Shown here: piece after piece, positions 15,001 through 26,089 of the stretch | Layout: every line of letters starts with the position of its first letter | Numbering within the stretch: position 1 is the stretch's first letter | Assembly: GCA_964016885.1 (NCBI GenBank) | Contig: OZ024742.1 | Coordinates: 349,122,001-349,186,000, forward strand | DNA from: Eledone cirrhosa | Taxonomy: Eukaryota | Reading direction: 5' to 3' | Length of the DNA stretch: 64,000 bases | Translations under genes and position numbers: made by a program | The notes under the pieces: generated by a model | What the model was told of the DNA's origin: nothing | Seen by the model: the letters and a program-made list of their open reading frames with translations, nothing else | Databases searched by the model: none

Positions 15001-18000
15001 TGTAAGTGGTCAGTGGGTATAGTTATAGAATTGTAAGGGGTCAGTAGGTATAGCTATAGAATTGTAAGGAGTCAGTGTGTATATATATAGAATTGTAAGG
15101 GGTCAGTGGGTATAGTTATAGAATTGTAACGGGTCAGTGGGTATAGTTATAGAATTGTAAGTGTTCAGTGGGTATAGTTTTAGAATTGTAAGGGGTCAGT
15201 GGGTATAGATATAGAATTGTAAGGGATCAGTTGTTATAACTATTGAATTGTAAGGATCTGAGGGTATAGCTATAGAATTGTAAGAGTTCAGTGGGTATAG
15301 TTATAGAATTGTAAGGGATCAGTGGGTATAGCTATAGAATTGTAAGGGTTCAGCGTGTATAGCTATAGAATTGTAAGGATTCTGTAGGTATAGTTATAGA
15401 ATTGCAAGGGGTCAGTGGGTATAGTTATGGAATTGTAAGGGGTCAGTGGGTATAGCTATAGAATTGTAAGGGGTCAGTGGGTATAGTTATAGAATTGTAA
15501 GGGGTCAGTGGGTATAGCTATAGAATTGTAAGGAGTCAGTGTGTATATATATAGAATTGTAAGGGGTCAGTGGGTATAGTTATAGAATTGTAACCGGTCA
15601 GTGTGTATAGTTATAGAATTGTAAGGGTTCAGTCGGTATAGTTTTAGAATTGTAAGGGGTCAGTGGGTATAGATATAGAATTGTAAGTGATCAGTGGGTA
15701 TAACTATTGAATTTTAAGGGTCTGAGGGTATAGCTATAGAATTCTAAGAGTTCAGTGGGTATAGTTATAGAATTGTAAGGGATCAGTGGGTATAGCTATA
15801 GAATTGTAAGGGGTCTGTGTGTATAGCTATAGAATTGTAAGGATTCTGTAGGTATAGTTATAGAATTGTAAGGGATCAGTGGGTATAACTATTGAATTGT
15901 AAGTGTCTGAGGGTATAGCTATAGAATTGTAAGAGTTCAGTGGGTATAGTTATAGAATTGTAAGGGATCAGTGGGTATAGATATATAACTGTAAGGGGTC
16001 AGTCGGTATAGCTATAGAATTGTAAGGGGTCAGTGGGTATAGTTATAGAATTGTAAGGGGTCAGTGGGTATAGCTATAGAATTGTAAGGATTCTGTAGGT
16101 ATAGTTATAGAATTGTAAGGGGTTAGTGGGTATAGTTATAGAATAGTAAGGGGTCAGTGGGTATAGCTATAGAATTGTAAGGGGTCAGTGGGTATATATA
16201 TAGAATTGTAAGGGGTCAGTGCGTATAGATATAGAATTGTAAGGGGTCAGTGGGTATATCTATAGAATTGTAAGGGGTCAGTGGGTATAGTTATAGAATT
16301 GTATGGGTTCAGTGGGTATAGTCATAGAATTGTAAGGGGTCAGTGGGTATAGCTATAGAATTGTAAGGGGTCAGTGGGTATAGTTATAGAATTGTAAGGG
16401 GTCAGTGGGTATAGTCATAGAATTGTAAGGGGTCAGTGGGTATAGCTATAGAATTGTAAGGGGTCAGTGTGTATAGTTATAGAATTGTAAGGGGTCAGTG
16501 GGTCTAGTTATAGAATTGTAAGGGGTCAGTGGGTATAATTATAGAATTGTAAGGGGTCAGTGGGTATAGTTATAGAATTGTAAGGGATCAGTGTGTATAG
16601 CTATAGAATTGTAAGTGGTCAGTGGGTATAGTTATAGAATTGTAAGGTGTCAGTGGGTATAGCTATAGAATTGTAAGGGATCAGTGGGTATAGTTATAGA
16701 ATTTTAAGGGGTCAGTGGGTATAGTTATAGAATTGTAAGGGGTCAGTGGGTATAGCTATAGAATTGTAAGTGGTCAGTGGGTATAGTTATAGAATTGTAA
16801 GGGGTAAGTAGGTATAGCTATAGAATTGTAAGGAGTCAGTGTGTATATATATAGAATTGTAAGGGGTCAGTGTGTATAGTTATAGAATTGTAACGGGTCA
16901 GTGGGTATAGTTATAGAATTGTAAGTGTTCAGTGGGTATAGTTTTAGAATTGTAAGGGGTCAGTGGGTATAGATATAGAATTGTAAGGGATCAGTTGTTA
17001 TAACTATTGAATTGTAAGGATCTGAGGGTATAGCTATAGAATTGTAAGAGTTCAGTGGGTATAGTTATAGAATTGTAAGGGATCAGTGGGTATAGCTATA
17101 GAATTGTAAGGGTTCAGCGTGTATAGCTATAGAATTGTAAGGATTCTGTAGGTATAGTTATAGAATTGTAAGGGGTCAGTGGGTATAGTTATGGAATTGT
17201 AAGGGGTCAGTGGGTATAGCTATAGAATTGTAAGGGGTCAGTGGGTATAGTTATAGAATTGTAAGGGGTCAGTGGGTATAGCTATAGAATTGTAAGGAGT
17301 CAGTGTGTATATATATAGAATTGTAAGGGGTCAGTGGGTATAGTTATAGAATTGTAACGGGTCAGTGTGTATAGTTATAGAATTGTAAGGGTTCAGTCGG
17401 TATAGTTTTAGAATTGTAAGGGGTCAGTGGGTATAGATATAGAATTGTAAGGGATCAGTGGGTATAACTATTGAATTTTAAGGGTCTGAGGGTATAGCTA
17501 TAGAATTCTAAGAGTTCAGTGGGTATAGTTATAGAATTGTAAGGGATCAGTGGGTATAGCTATAGAATTGTAAGGGGTCTGTGTGTATAGCTATAGAATT
17601 GTAAGGATTCTGTAGGTATAGTTATAGAATTGTAAGGGATTAGTGGGTATAACTATTGAATTGTAAGTGTCTGAGGGTATAGCTATAGAATTGTAAGAGT
17701 TCAGTGGGTATAGTTATAGAATTTTAATGGGTCAGTGGGTATAATTATAGAATTGTAAGGGGTCAGTGGGTATAGCTATAGGATTGTAAGGGGTCAGTGG
17801 GTATATATATAGAATTGTAAGGGGTCAGTAGGTATAGATATAGAATTGTAAGGGGTCAGTGGGTATAGTTATAGAATTGTAAGGGGTCAGTGGGTATATC
17901 TATAGAATTGTAAGGGGTCAGTGGGTATAGTCATAGAATTGTAAGGGGTCAGTGGGTATAGTTATGGAATTGTAAGGGGTCAGTGGGTATAGTTATAGAA

Positions 18001-21000
18001 TTGTAAGGGATCAGTGGATATAGCTATAGAATTGTAAGGGGTCAGTGGGTATAGTTATGGAATTGTAAGGGGTCAGTGGGTATAGTTATAGAATTGTAAG
18101 GGATCAGTGGATATAGCTATAGAATTGTAAGTGGTCAGTGGGTATAGTTATAGAATTGTAAGGGGTCAGTGGGTATAGTCATATAATTGTAAGGGGTCAG
18201 TGGGTATAGTTATAGAATTGTAAGGGGTCAGTGGGTATAGTTATAGAATTGTAAGGGGTCAGTGGGTATAGTCATAGAATTGTAAGGGGTCAGTTGGTAT
18301 AGTTATGGAATTGTAAGGGGTCAGTGGGTATAGTTATAGAATTGTAAGGGATCAGTGGATATAGCTATAGAATTGTAAGTGGTCAGTGGGTATAGTTATA
18401 GAATTGTAAGGGGTCAGTGGGTATAGTCATAGAATTGTAAGGGGTCAGTGGGTATAGCTATAGAATTGTAAGTGGTCAGTGGGTATAGCTATAGAATTGT
18501 AAGGGATCAGTGGGTATAGATATAGAATTGTAAGGGGTCAGTGGGTATAACTATAGAATTGTAAGGGTCAGTGGGTATAGCTATAGAATTGTAAGTTGTC
18601 AGTGGGTATATATATAGAATTTTAAGGGATCAATGGGCATAGACATAGAATTGTAAGGGGTCAGTGGGTATAGCTATAGAATTGTAAGGTGTCAGTGCGT
18701 ATAGATATAGAATTGTATGGGGTCAGTGGGTATAGATATTGAATTTTAAGGGGTCAGTGGATATAACTATATAATTTTAAGGGTCAACGTGTACAGATAT
18801 AGAATTGTAAGGAACAAGTGGGTATAGTAATAGAATTGTAAGGGGTCAGTGGGTATAGCTATAGAATTGAAAGTGGTCAGTGGGTATAGCTATAGAATTG
18901 TAAGGGGTCAGTGTGTATAGATATAGAATTGTAAGGGATCAGTGGGTATAACTATAGAATTGTAAGGGGTCAGTGGGTATAGCTATTGAATTGTAAGAGT
19001 TCAGTGGGTATAGTTATAGAATTGCAAGGGATCAGTGGGTATAGCTATAGAATTGTAAGTGGTCAGTAGGTATAGTTATAGAATTGTAAGGGGTCAAAAT
19101 ATATAGTTATAGAATTGTAAGGGGTCAGTGGGTATAGCTATAGAATTGTAAGGGGTGACTTGGATATAGTTATAGAATTGTAAGGGGTCAGTGGGTATAG
19201 TTATTGAATTGTAAGGGGTCAGTGGGTATAGCTATATAATTGTAAGGAGTCAGTGTGTATATATCTAGAATTGTAAGGGCTCAGTGGGTATAGTTATAGA
19301 ATTGTAAGGGGTCAGTGGGTATATCTATAGAATTGTAAGGGGTCAGTGGGTATAACTATAGAATTGTAAGGCGTCAGTGGGTATAGTTATAGAATTGTAA
19401 GGGGTCAGTGGGTATAGCTATAGAATTGTAAGGAGGCAGTGGGTATAGTTATAGAATTGTAAGGGGTCAGTGGTTATAGCTATAGAATTGTAAGGGGTCA
19501 GTGGGTATAGCTATAAAATTGTAAGGGGTCAGTGGGTATAGCTATAGAATTGTAAGGGGTCAGTGGGTAAAGCTTTACAATTGTAAGGTGTCAGTGGGTA
19601 TAGTTATAGAATTGTAAGGGGTCAGTGGGTATAGTTATAGAATTGTAAGTGGTCAGTGGGTATAGCTATAGAATTGTAAGGAGTCTGTGGGTATAGTTAT
19701 AGAATTGTAAGGGGTCAGCGGTATAGTTATAGAATTGTAAGGGGTCAGTGGGTATAGTTATAGAATTGTAAGGGGTCAGTGGGTATAGTTATAGAATTGT
19801 AAGGGGTCAGTGTGTATAGTTATAGAATTGAAATGGGTCAGTTGGTATAGTTATAGAATTGTAAGGGGTCAGTGGGTATAGTTATACAATTGTAAGGGGT
19901 CAGTTGTTATAGTTATAGAATTGTAAGGGGTCAGTGGGTATAGCTATAGAATTGTAAGGGGTCAGTGGGTATAGCTATAGAATTGTAAGGGGTCAGTGGG
20001 TAAAGCTTTACAATTGTAAGGGGTCAGTGGGTATAGTTATAGAATTGTAAGGGGTCAGTGGGTATAGTTATAGAATTGTAAGGGGTCAGTGGGTATAGCT
20101 ATAGAATTGTAAGGAGTCTGTGGGTATAGTTATAGAATTGTAAGGGGTCAGTGGTATAGTTATAGAATTGTAAGGGGTCAGTGGGTATAGTTATAGAATT
20201 GTAAGGGTCAGTGGGTATAGTTATAGAATTGTAAGGGGTCAGTGGGTATAGTTATAGAATTGTAAGGGGTCAGTGGGTAAAGCTTTACAATTGTAAGGTG
20301 TCAGTGGGTATAGTTATAGAATTGTAAGGGGTCAGTGGGTATAGTTATAGAATTGTAAGTGGTCAGTGGGTATAGCTATAGAATTGTAAGGAGTCTGTGG
20401 GTATAGTTATAGAATTGTAAGGGGTCAGCGGTATAGTTATAGAATTGTAAGGGGTCAGTGGGTATAGTTATAGAATTGTAAGGGGTCAGTGGGTATAGTT
20501 ATAGAATTGTAAGGGGTCAGTGTGTATAGTTATAGAATTGTAATGGGTCAGTTGGTATAGTTATAGAATTGTAAGGGGTCAGTGGGTATAGTTATACAAT
20601 TGTAAGGGGTCAGTTGTTATAGTTATAGAATTGTAAGGGGTCAGTGGGTATAGCTATAGAATTGTAAGGGGTCAGTGGGTATAGCTATAGAATTGTAAGG
20701 GGTCAGTGGGTAAAGCTTTACAATTGTAAGGGGTCAGTGGGTATAGTTATAGAATTGTAAGGGGTCAGTGGGTATAGTTATAGAATTGTAAGGGGTCAGT
20801 GGGTATAGCTATAGAATTGTAAGGAGTCTGTGGGTATAGTTATAGAATTGTAAGGGGTCAGTGGTATAGTTATAGAATTGTAAGGGGTCAGTGGGTATAG
20901 TTATAGAATTGTAAGGGTCAGTGGGTATAGTTATAGAATTGTAAGGGGTCAGTGGGTATAGTTATAGAATTGTAAGTGGTCAGTGGGTATAGCTCGAGAA

Positions 21001-21390
21001 TTGTAAGGGGTCAGTGGGTGTAGCTATATAATTGTAAGGGATCAGTGAGTATAACTATAGAATTGTAAGGGGTCAGTGGGTATAGCTATAGAATTGTAAG
21101 TGGTCAGTGGGTATAGTTATAGAATTGTAAGTGGTCAGTGGGTATAACTATAGAATTGTAAGGTGTCAGTGGGTATAGTTATAGAATTGTAAGGGGTCAG
21201 TGGGTATAGTTATAGAATTGTAAGTGGACAGTGGGTATAGCTCGAGAATTGTAAGGGGTCAGAGGGTATAGTTATAGAATTGTAAGGGGTCAGTGGGTAT
21301 AGTTATAGAATTGTAAGGGTTCAGTGGGTATATTTATAGAATTGTAAGGGGTCAAAGTGTATAGCTATAGAATTGTAAGGGGTCAGTGGG
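1..21390. repeat. Satellite array A, 31-bp unit (consensus AGAATTGTAAGGGGTCAGTGGGTATAGTTAT), about 690 copies, runs off the window start
   Basis: ATTGTAAG recurs at 1, 32, 63...; uninterrupted head-to-tail units until GGTCAGTGGG at 21390. Confidence 0.98.
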
Positions 21391-21679
21391 AGGCACAATT
21401 TAAAATTCTATGCTAATAGGTAGGGATTAGCTCGGTACCCGAATGAGTTGTGGTATTTTGTCGATAGATCGAAATGGTGTTAACATCATCCGTGGCTGAA
21501 GAAATACGTTTCACTCATGGTGGACGTTAAAACCATTCAAAGCAAGATTTCCACGTGAAACCAATCGTTTACCGAAACAAAAGTTGTGTAATATCGTTAT
21601 AAAGTAGCTAGACATCTTGTCAACTAATACCGAGCTCTTACCACCTGCTGTATTTTATGCTACACACAGGCAGATAGAT

Positions 21680-21711
<32 letters not shown>

Positions 21712-21873
21712 CCACACACACATATTGAAAGTTATCCATATATATATATATATATACATATATTCACACACACATGTTTATACGCATGCACAAAAACCAT
21801 AACGCACACACAAATCCTTCTCCAAACACACCATACACATACATATACACACACACACATATATATATATATG

Positions 21874-21910
<37 letters not shown>
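21680..21910. repeat. (CA)n/(TA)n compound microsatellite
   Basis: Direct reading. Confidence 0.9.
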
Positions 21911-21914
<4 letters not shown>

Positions 21915-21919
21915 AAGGA

Positions 21920-22130
21920 TCGATCGACTCTCGTCAAATCGGACCGAGGAAACAATGTTTCCATTGGTCTTTCCCATTACTGATACTATCTATCGGTCGC
22001 AACTCTAGGTAGAAGGAGCAACGTGAAATAAAGTATCTTGCTCAAGGACATAACGCATCACCCGGTCCAGGAATCGAACTCCCAACCTCAAGATTGTGAA
22101 TCCAATTCTCTAACCACTCAGCCACACGCC
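21920..22130 (-). mobile_element. tRNA-derived SINE (family A head, tail type 1)
   Basis: Minus strand has A-box-like TGGCTGAGTGG and B-box GTTCGATTCC, then GTCCTTGAGCAAGATACTTTATTTCACG; tail is homologous to 43285-43360. Confidence 0.75.
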
Positions 22131-22159
22131 TATATATATATGTATATAAAGAAGGATGA

Positions 22160-22295
22160 TGCTAGAGATAGCGTGAGAAGGAAAAAGAAAAAGAAAGAAA
22201 GAGAGAGAGAGAGGGAGAAAGAGAGAGAACAAGAAAGATAGAGAGAGAGAGAGGGAGAGAGAGAGAGAGAGAAAGAAAGAACAAAGACAGAAGAA
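22160..22295. repeat. (GA)n purine-rich microsatellite
   Basis: Direct reading. Confidence 0.85.
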
Positions 22296-22691
22296 ACTAA
22301 GTGATTTTCTATTTAAAGTGTGCTGTGGACCGTGCCTACATAATGGCTATTGTCCAGGCTTTTCATATTTTATGAGTATAAATTGTCAGAAGTGTTTCTT
22401 CATAACCGTTCCTCATTAGCAGCGACGAAAGATTGAATGATTTGGACGAGAAAAGCGATTTCTTTTGATATTTAGATAAATTGATTTGTTAAGATCTAAT
22501 GAAATTGTTGATGCTTTGGTAGAAACACTTGCACGTACAAACGAAACATGTGTACTCTTCTATTAGTCAAACTAATGTAGATAAAACTCAGCAGATTCCA
22601 ATGGTTTAAAGGTTTGCTTCACAACGTTAAGGGCCAGGTTCTATTCCACAGAGTAGCATCTTGAGCAAGTATCTTTACTGATATAGCTTGA

Positions 22692-22912
22692 TGGGCGGTG
22701 GATTAGCAGCATTGGTAGAGCGTCGTACATGTTTTGCAGCATGTAGTTACGTCCCTTTACGTTCTGTTTTCAAATCCCGCTGAGGCTAACTTTGTCTTTC
22801 AACCTTTCAGGGTCGATAAAATAAAGTACCAGTAATGCACTGGGGTCAATATAATCGACTTTTTCCTCCCCTAAAATTGTTGGCCATGTACCTAAATCAG
22901 AAGCCATTATTT
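22692..22912 (+). mobile_element. SINE family B copy
   Basis: TTCAAATCCCG...AACTTTG.CTTTCA.CCTT.C.GGGTCGATAAAATAAAGTACCAGT...GGCC.TGT.CC.AAA..AGAA.C.ATTAT is shared with 23365, 32226 and 32555. Confidence 0.75.
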
Positions 22913-23364
22913 AATTTCACAAGGGTGGATTGGCAAAGTTAACCATAAAGGGCCATATCTCTTTGCTGCAAAGCATGACGTCCGGCCCTCTGCCGATACT
23001 GCCACCCCCCTCTTGACTTAAATAATGAATTCACAACGACGTGACTTTTGAAGCCTGTGCATTCAATAACAATTCCTTTGCCATAAACATCATTGGTGTT
23101 TGTAGCAGTATGTTCTGTATCGCAGTCGAGTTTAAAATCCTAGAAATAAATTTGACGAAAATAATGTTTTAACATTTTAACTTCAATGATTTGGAAAACG
23201 ACAAGGTGTCACTATAAACTTAATAACACTGAAAGAAAGGTATAATATAAGGTTTAAAATGAGACATAATTTTACACATCTTGCGTAAGTATTTATTCTT
23301 AAAAATGTTGAAACAAATAAAAACGTAAAACAAGCAAATACCTTGGTGGATTACGGTGGATACG

Positions 23365-23556
23365 CGGTGGATTGGCAATATCGGTGGAGGGTGGGACACC
23401 ATGCTTTCTAGCATAGAGTTACGGCCCTTGCCATTCTGAGTTCAAATCCCGTCGAGGTTAACTTTGCCTTTCATCCTTACGGGGTCGATAAAATAAAGTG
23501 CCAGTAATACACTGGGTAATTGCTGGCCTTGTGCCAAAAGTAGAAACAATTATTTA
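23365..23556 (+). mobile_element. SINE family B copy
   Basis: B-box GAGTTCAAATCCC; near-identical to 32555-32720. Confidence 0.75.
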
Positions 23557-23752
23557 ATTTCATCTGAAAGAAGGGGCTGTTCCCATGACAGTCTAGGGCC
23601 TTCCCTACAGGTAAGACAAAGGTAATTAAACTCTAGCACATCACCGACTGCAGGAGAGACATGGGTAGTGAAATAATTCCAGAAGGGGAATGTTCTGGGA
23701 AGAAAGGACTTGGTGTAGTGATGTGTGCAGGGCTTGACCGGTTGGACACAGT

Positions 23753-23860
23753 ATTAGGGATAAATACAGGAATGAGACAATATTAGGGATAAATACAGGG
23801 ATGAGACAATATTAGGGATAAATACAGGGATGACACAATATTAGGGATAAATACAGGGGT
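23753..23860. repeat. 29-bp minisatellite, about 4 copies (ATTAGGGATAAATACAGGGATGAGACAAT)
   Basis: Unit starts at 23753, 23782, 23811, 23840. Confidence 0.9.
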
Positions 23861-24023
23861 GAGGAGTGGAGAAGATCTGAGAGATGGCAAGAAACCAGCT
23901 TGATTTGAGGAGCTGAGTGATAGAAGATAGAGAGATAAGAGAGAAAGAAACACGGTTGAGGGACTGAAGTTAAATTACGTTATTGAAGAACTTCACAGTC
24001 TAGTTGCTGACTGCCAGAGTGTG

Positions 24024-24153
24024 TAGCAGCAGCAGCAGCAGTGGCGGTAACAGCAGCGGCAGTAACAGCAGCGGCAGTAACAGCAGCAGCGACAGTAACA
24101 GCAGCAGCGACAGCAACAGTAGCAGCAGCGGCAGTAACAGTAGCAGCAGCAGC
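24024..24153. repeat. (AGC)n-derived imperfect trinucleotide repeat
   Basis: Direct reading. Confidence 0.9.
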
Positions 24154-24293
24154 GTCCGTATTTGGGAGAGGTACACAGTTGTAGGTCTCACCTGAGTTTT
24201 ATAGAGAGTCAGTAGCTGATATGAGATGAAGTCTGCTCTGAAGAGAAAGTTCAATATTTGAGAAGCAGTGTTTGATTTCTATGAACAACAATG

Positions 24294-24655
24294 TTGTTGT
24301 TGTTGTTGTTACAGCTCACACCTATGCAGGTTTAGCTGGCCTCCTCCAAGGTATATCTCGTTGGAGGTGTCTTGGGCGATTTAATGATAGGGACCCAAGT
24401 CCTATTATGTTACAGCTCACACCTATGCAGGTTTAGCTGGCCTCCTCCAAGGTATATCTCGTTGGAGGTGTCTTGGGTCATTTAATGATAGGGACCCCAG
24501 TCCTATCATCTCATTTCTACAGCTGAGTAAACTGGAGCACCGTGAAATAAAGTGTATTTCTCAAGGAAACAACACATCACCCGGTCCGAGAATTGAACTC
24601 ACAACCTTTCGATTGCAAGCCCAATGCTCTAACCACTAAGCCATGCGCCTTCACC
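24294..24655 (-). mobile_element. Full-length tRNA-derived SINE (family A head, tail type 2) with (AAC)n tail, 13-bp TSD and internal tandem duplication of about 101 bp
   Basis: TSD ATGAACAACAATG at 24281-24293 and 24656-24668; minus-strand TGGCTTAGTGG A box and GTTCAATTC B box; 24308-24408 repeated at 24409-24509. Confidence 0.85.
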
Positions 24656-24889
24656 ATGAACAACAATGAAAAAATATAAATCACAATGGGTGATCATAAA
24701 GAAACAAAATATGTACTTATAAACATTTCCAATGGATAAGAACGGACACGTAAACTCTAAATAGCTCCATAAACCAAGTCAAGCATAGCGAGGATTTTAC
24801 CTCACAGTCGATTGATATTCTGAGATGTCAACTGGAAAACTATCGTAATTGAGGAAAATTCTCATTTCTGGTTAAACTAATTATAATAC

Positions 24890-25312
24890 ACGAGGCTATA
24901 GTAAGTATATATGACATTATAACAAGGAGACATAAAGCTATCATATATATAAAGCTATAGTAAATATATATAAAGCTATAATATATATATATATAAAGAT
25001 ATAGTAGATATATAAAGCTATAGCATATATTAAAGCTATAATGTATATATATAAAGCTATAGTAAATATATATAAAGCTATAATATATATATAAAAAGCT
25101 ATAGCAAATATATATAAAGCTATAGTATATATATAAAGCTATAGCATATATATAAAGCTATAATGTATATATATAAAGCTATAGTAAATATATATAAAGC
25201 TGTAGTAATTATATATAAAGCTATAATATATATAAAGCTATAATGTATATATATAAACGTATAGTAAATATAAATAAAGCTATAACATATATATATAAAG
25301 CTATAGTAAATA
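24890..25312. repeat. Short minisatellite (TA)nAAGCTATAG/A, about 20-25 bp unit
   Basis: TATATAAAGCTATA repeated many times with variable TA number. Confidence 0.9.
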
Positions 25313-25439
25313 GACCGGAAGATATGGCCACCATGTCACTTAACGGATTAAAAATGAATCAAGGCACATCACGACTCTACTGGTTACAAAATGCGGCCGT
25401 CGGTTGGGGTATAATATAATAACTTTAAAATAGAAAGGT

Positions 25440-25730
25440 TACGAGCCACCATAACTAGAGAACTGTTTACCAACCGTATGTAATTGCCTGATAGCTATAT
25501 TCTTCATCTGGTTGCTCATCTGGAAGAATATAAAATATTTTACCAAAGGAGCAGAAACAATGTCAGAAAAAGATGTATGGATGCAAAGAGCAAATATTGG
25601 TAAACAGAGCAGTTACAGAAGGCAGCAAATAAAGAAACAAAACTAAGCATATAATGGATTGATTATCGAAAAGTCTTAGACATAGCTCACTTCATACCAC
25701 ACTTTTGGATATTATTGAAAATCTTCCGAC
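25440..25730 (+). pseudogene. Decayed non-LTR RT fragment, R4/Dong(R2 group)-like
   Basis: CLPTV...HLEEYKI/LPKEQKQCQKKMYGCKEQILVNRAVTE../WIDYRK...IPHFWIL matches EQKGCxxxxxGCKEQLLINxAI...AWIDYxKAFDSVPHSWI; contains stops and frameshifts. Confidence 0.7.
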
Positions 25731-26089
25731 ATCATACTATATTTATGGATATTGGAAACATTGCACATAACAAAGTTAGATTGATATACTAAGGGAATAA
25801 ATATATAAGCCATGCCACGTCAAAATGGAGAATATCGAAATGGAAAAAATAATCATTGTAGCGAGAAAAAACAAAAATACTGATAAAATACAGCCGTATT
25901 CTCGTAAGAAAAGTTTCACGTAAACGGGTTTTCACCACTTTTCACCACTTTTCTACTGTTTAGTTCCGTGGTTTTAGTAACAACCAGACCTAGTTAAACT
26001 AAACTGACAGCAATTACTAGTGTTATGGACAAAATATAAACCTTGTCTACATAAAACAACCTTCGGGAGAATCTTCAATACCGTATACA

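Larger units (their letters stand above)
23600..24290 (-). pseudogene. Decayed LINE ORF2 C-terminal region (CR1/L2/Jockey-group RT), interrupted by mini- and microsatellites
   Basis: Minus-strand translations ASQILNFLFRA..QLLTLYKTQVRPTTVYLSQI (cf. LLTLYKAQIRPxLEYCSHIW) at about 24155-24275 and HYTKSFLPRTFPFWN (cf. SFFPRTxxLWN) at about 23670-23730. Confidence 0.7.

Noticed and set aside
23753-23860. TTAGGG hexamers suggesting telomeric repeat
   Set aside because: A single hexamer within each 29-bp minisatellite unit, not tandem
22060-24655. tRNA-like A/B boxes
   Set aside because: SINE heads without a complete cloverleaf
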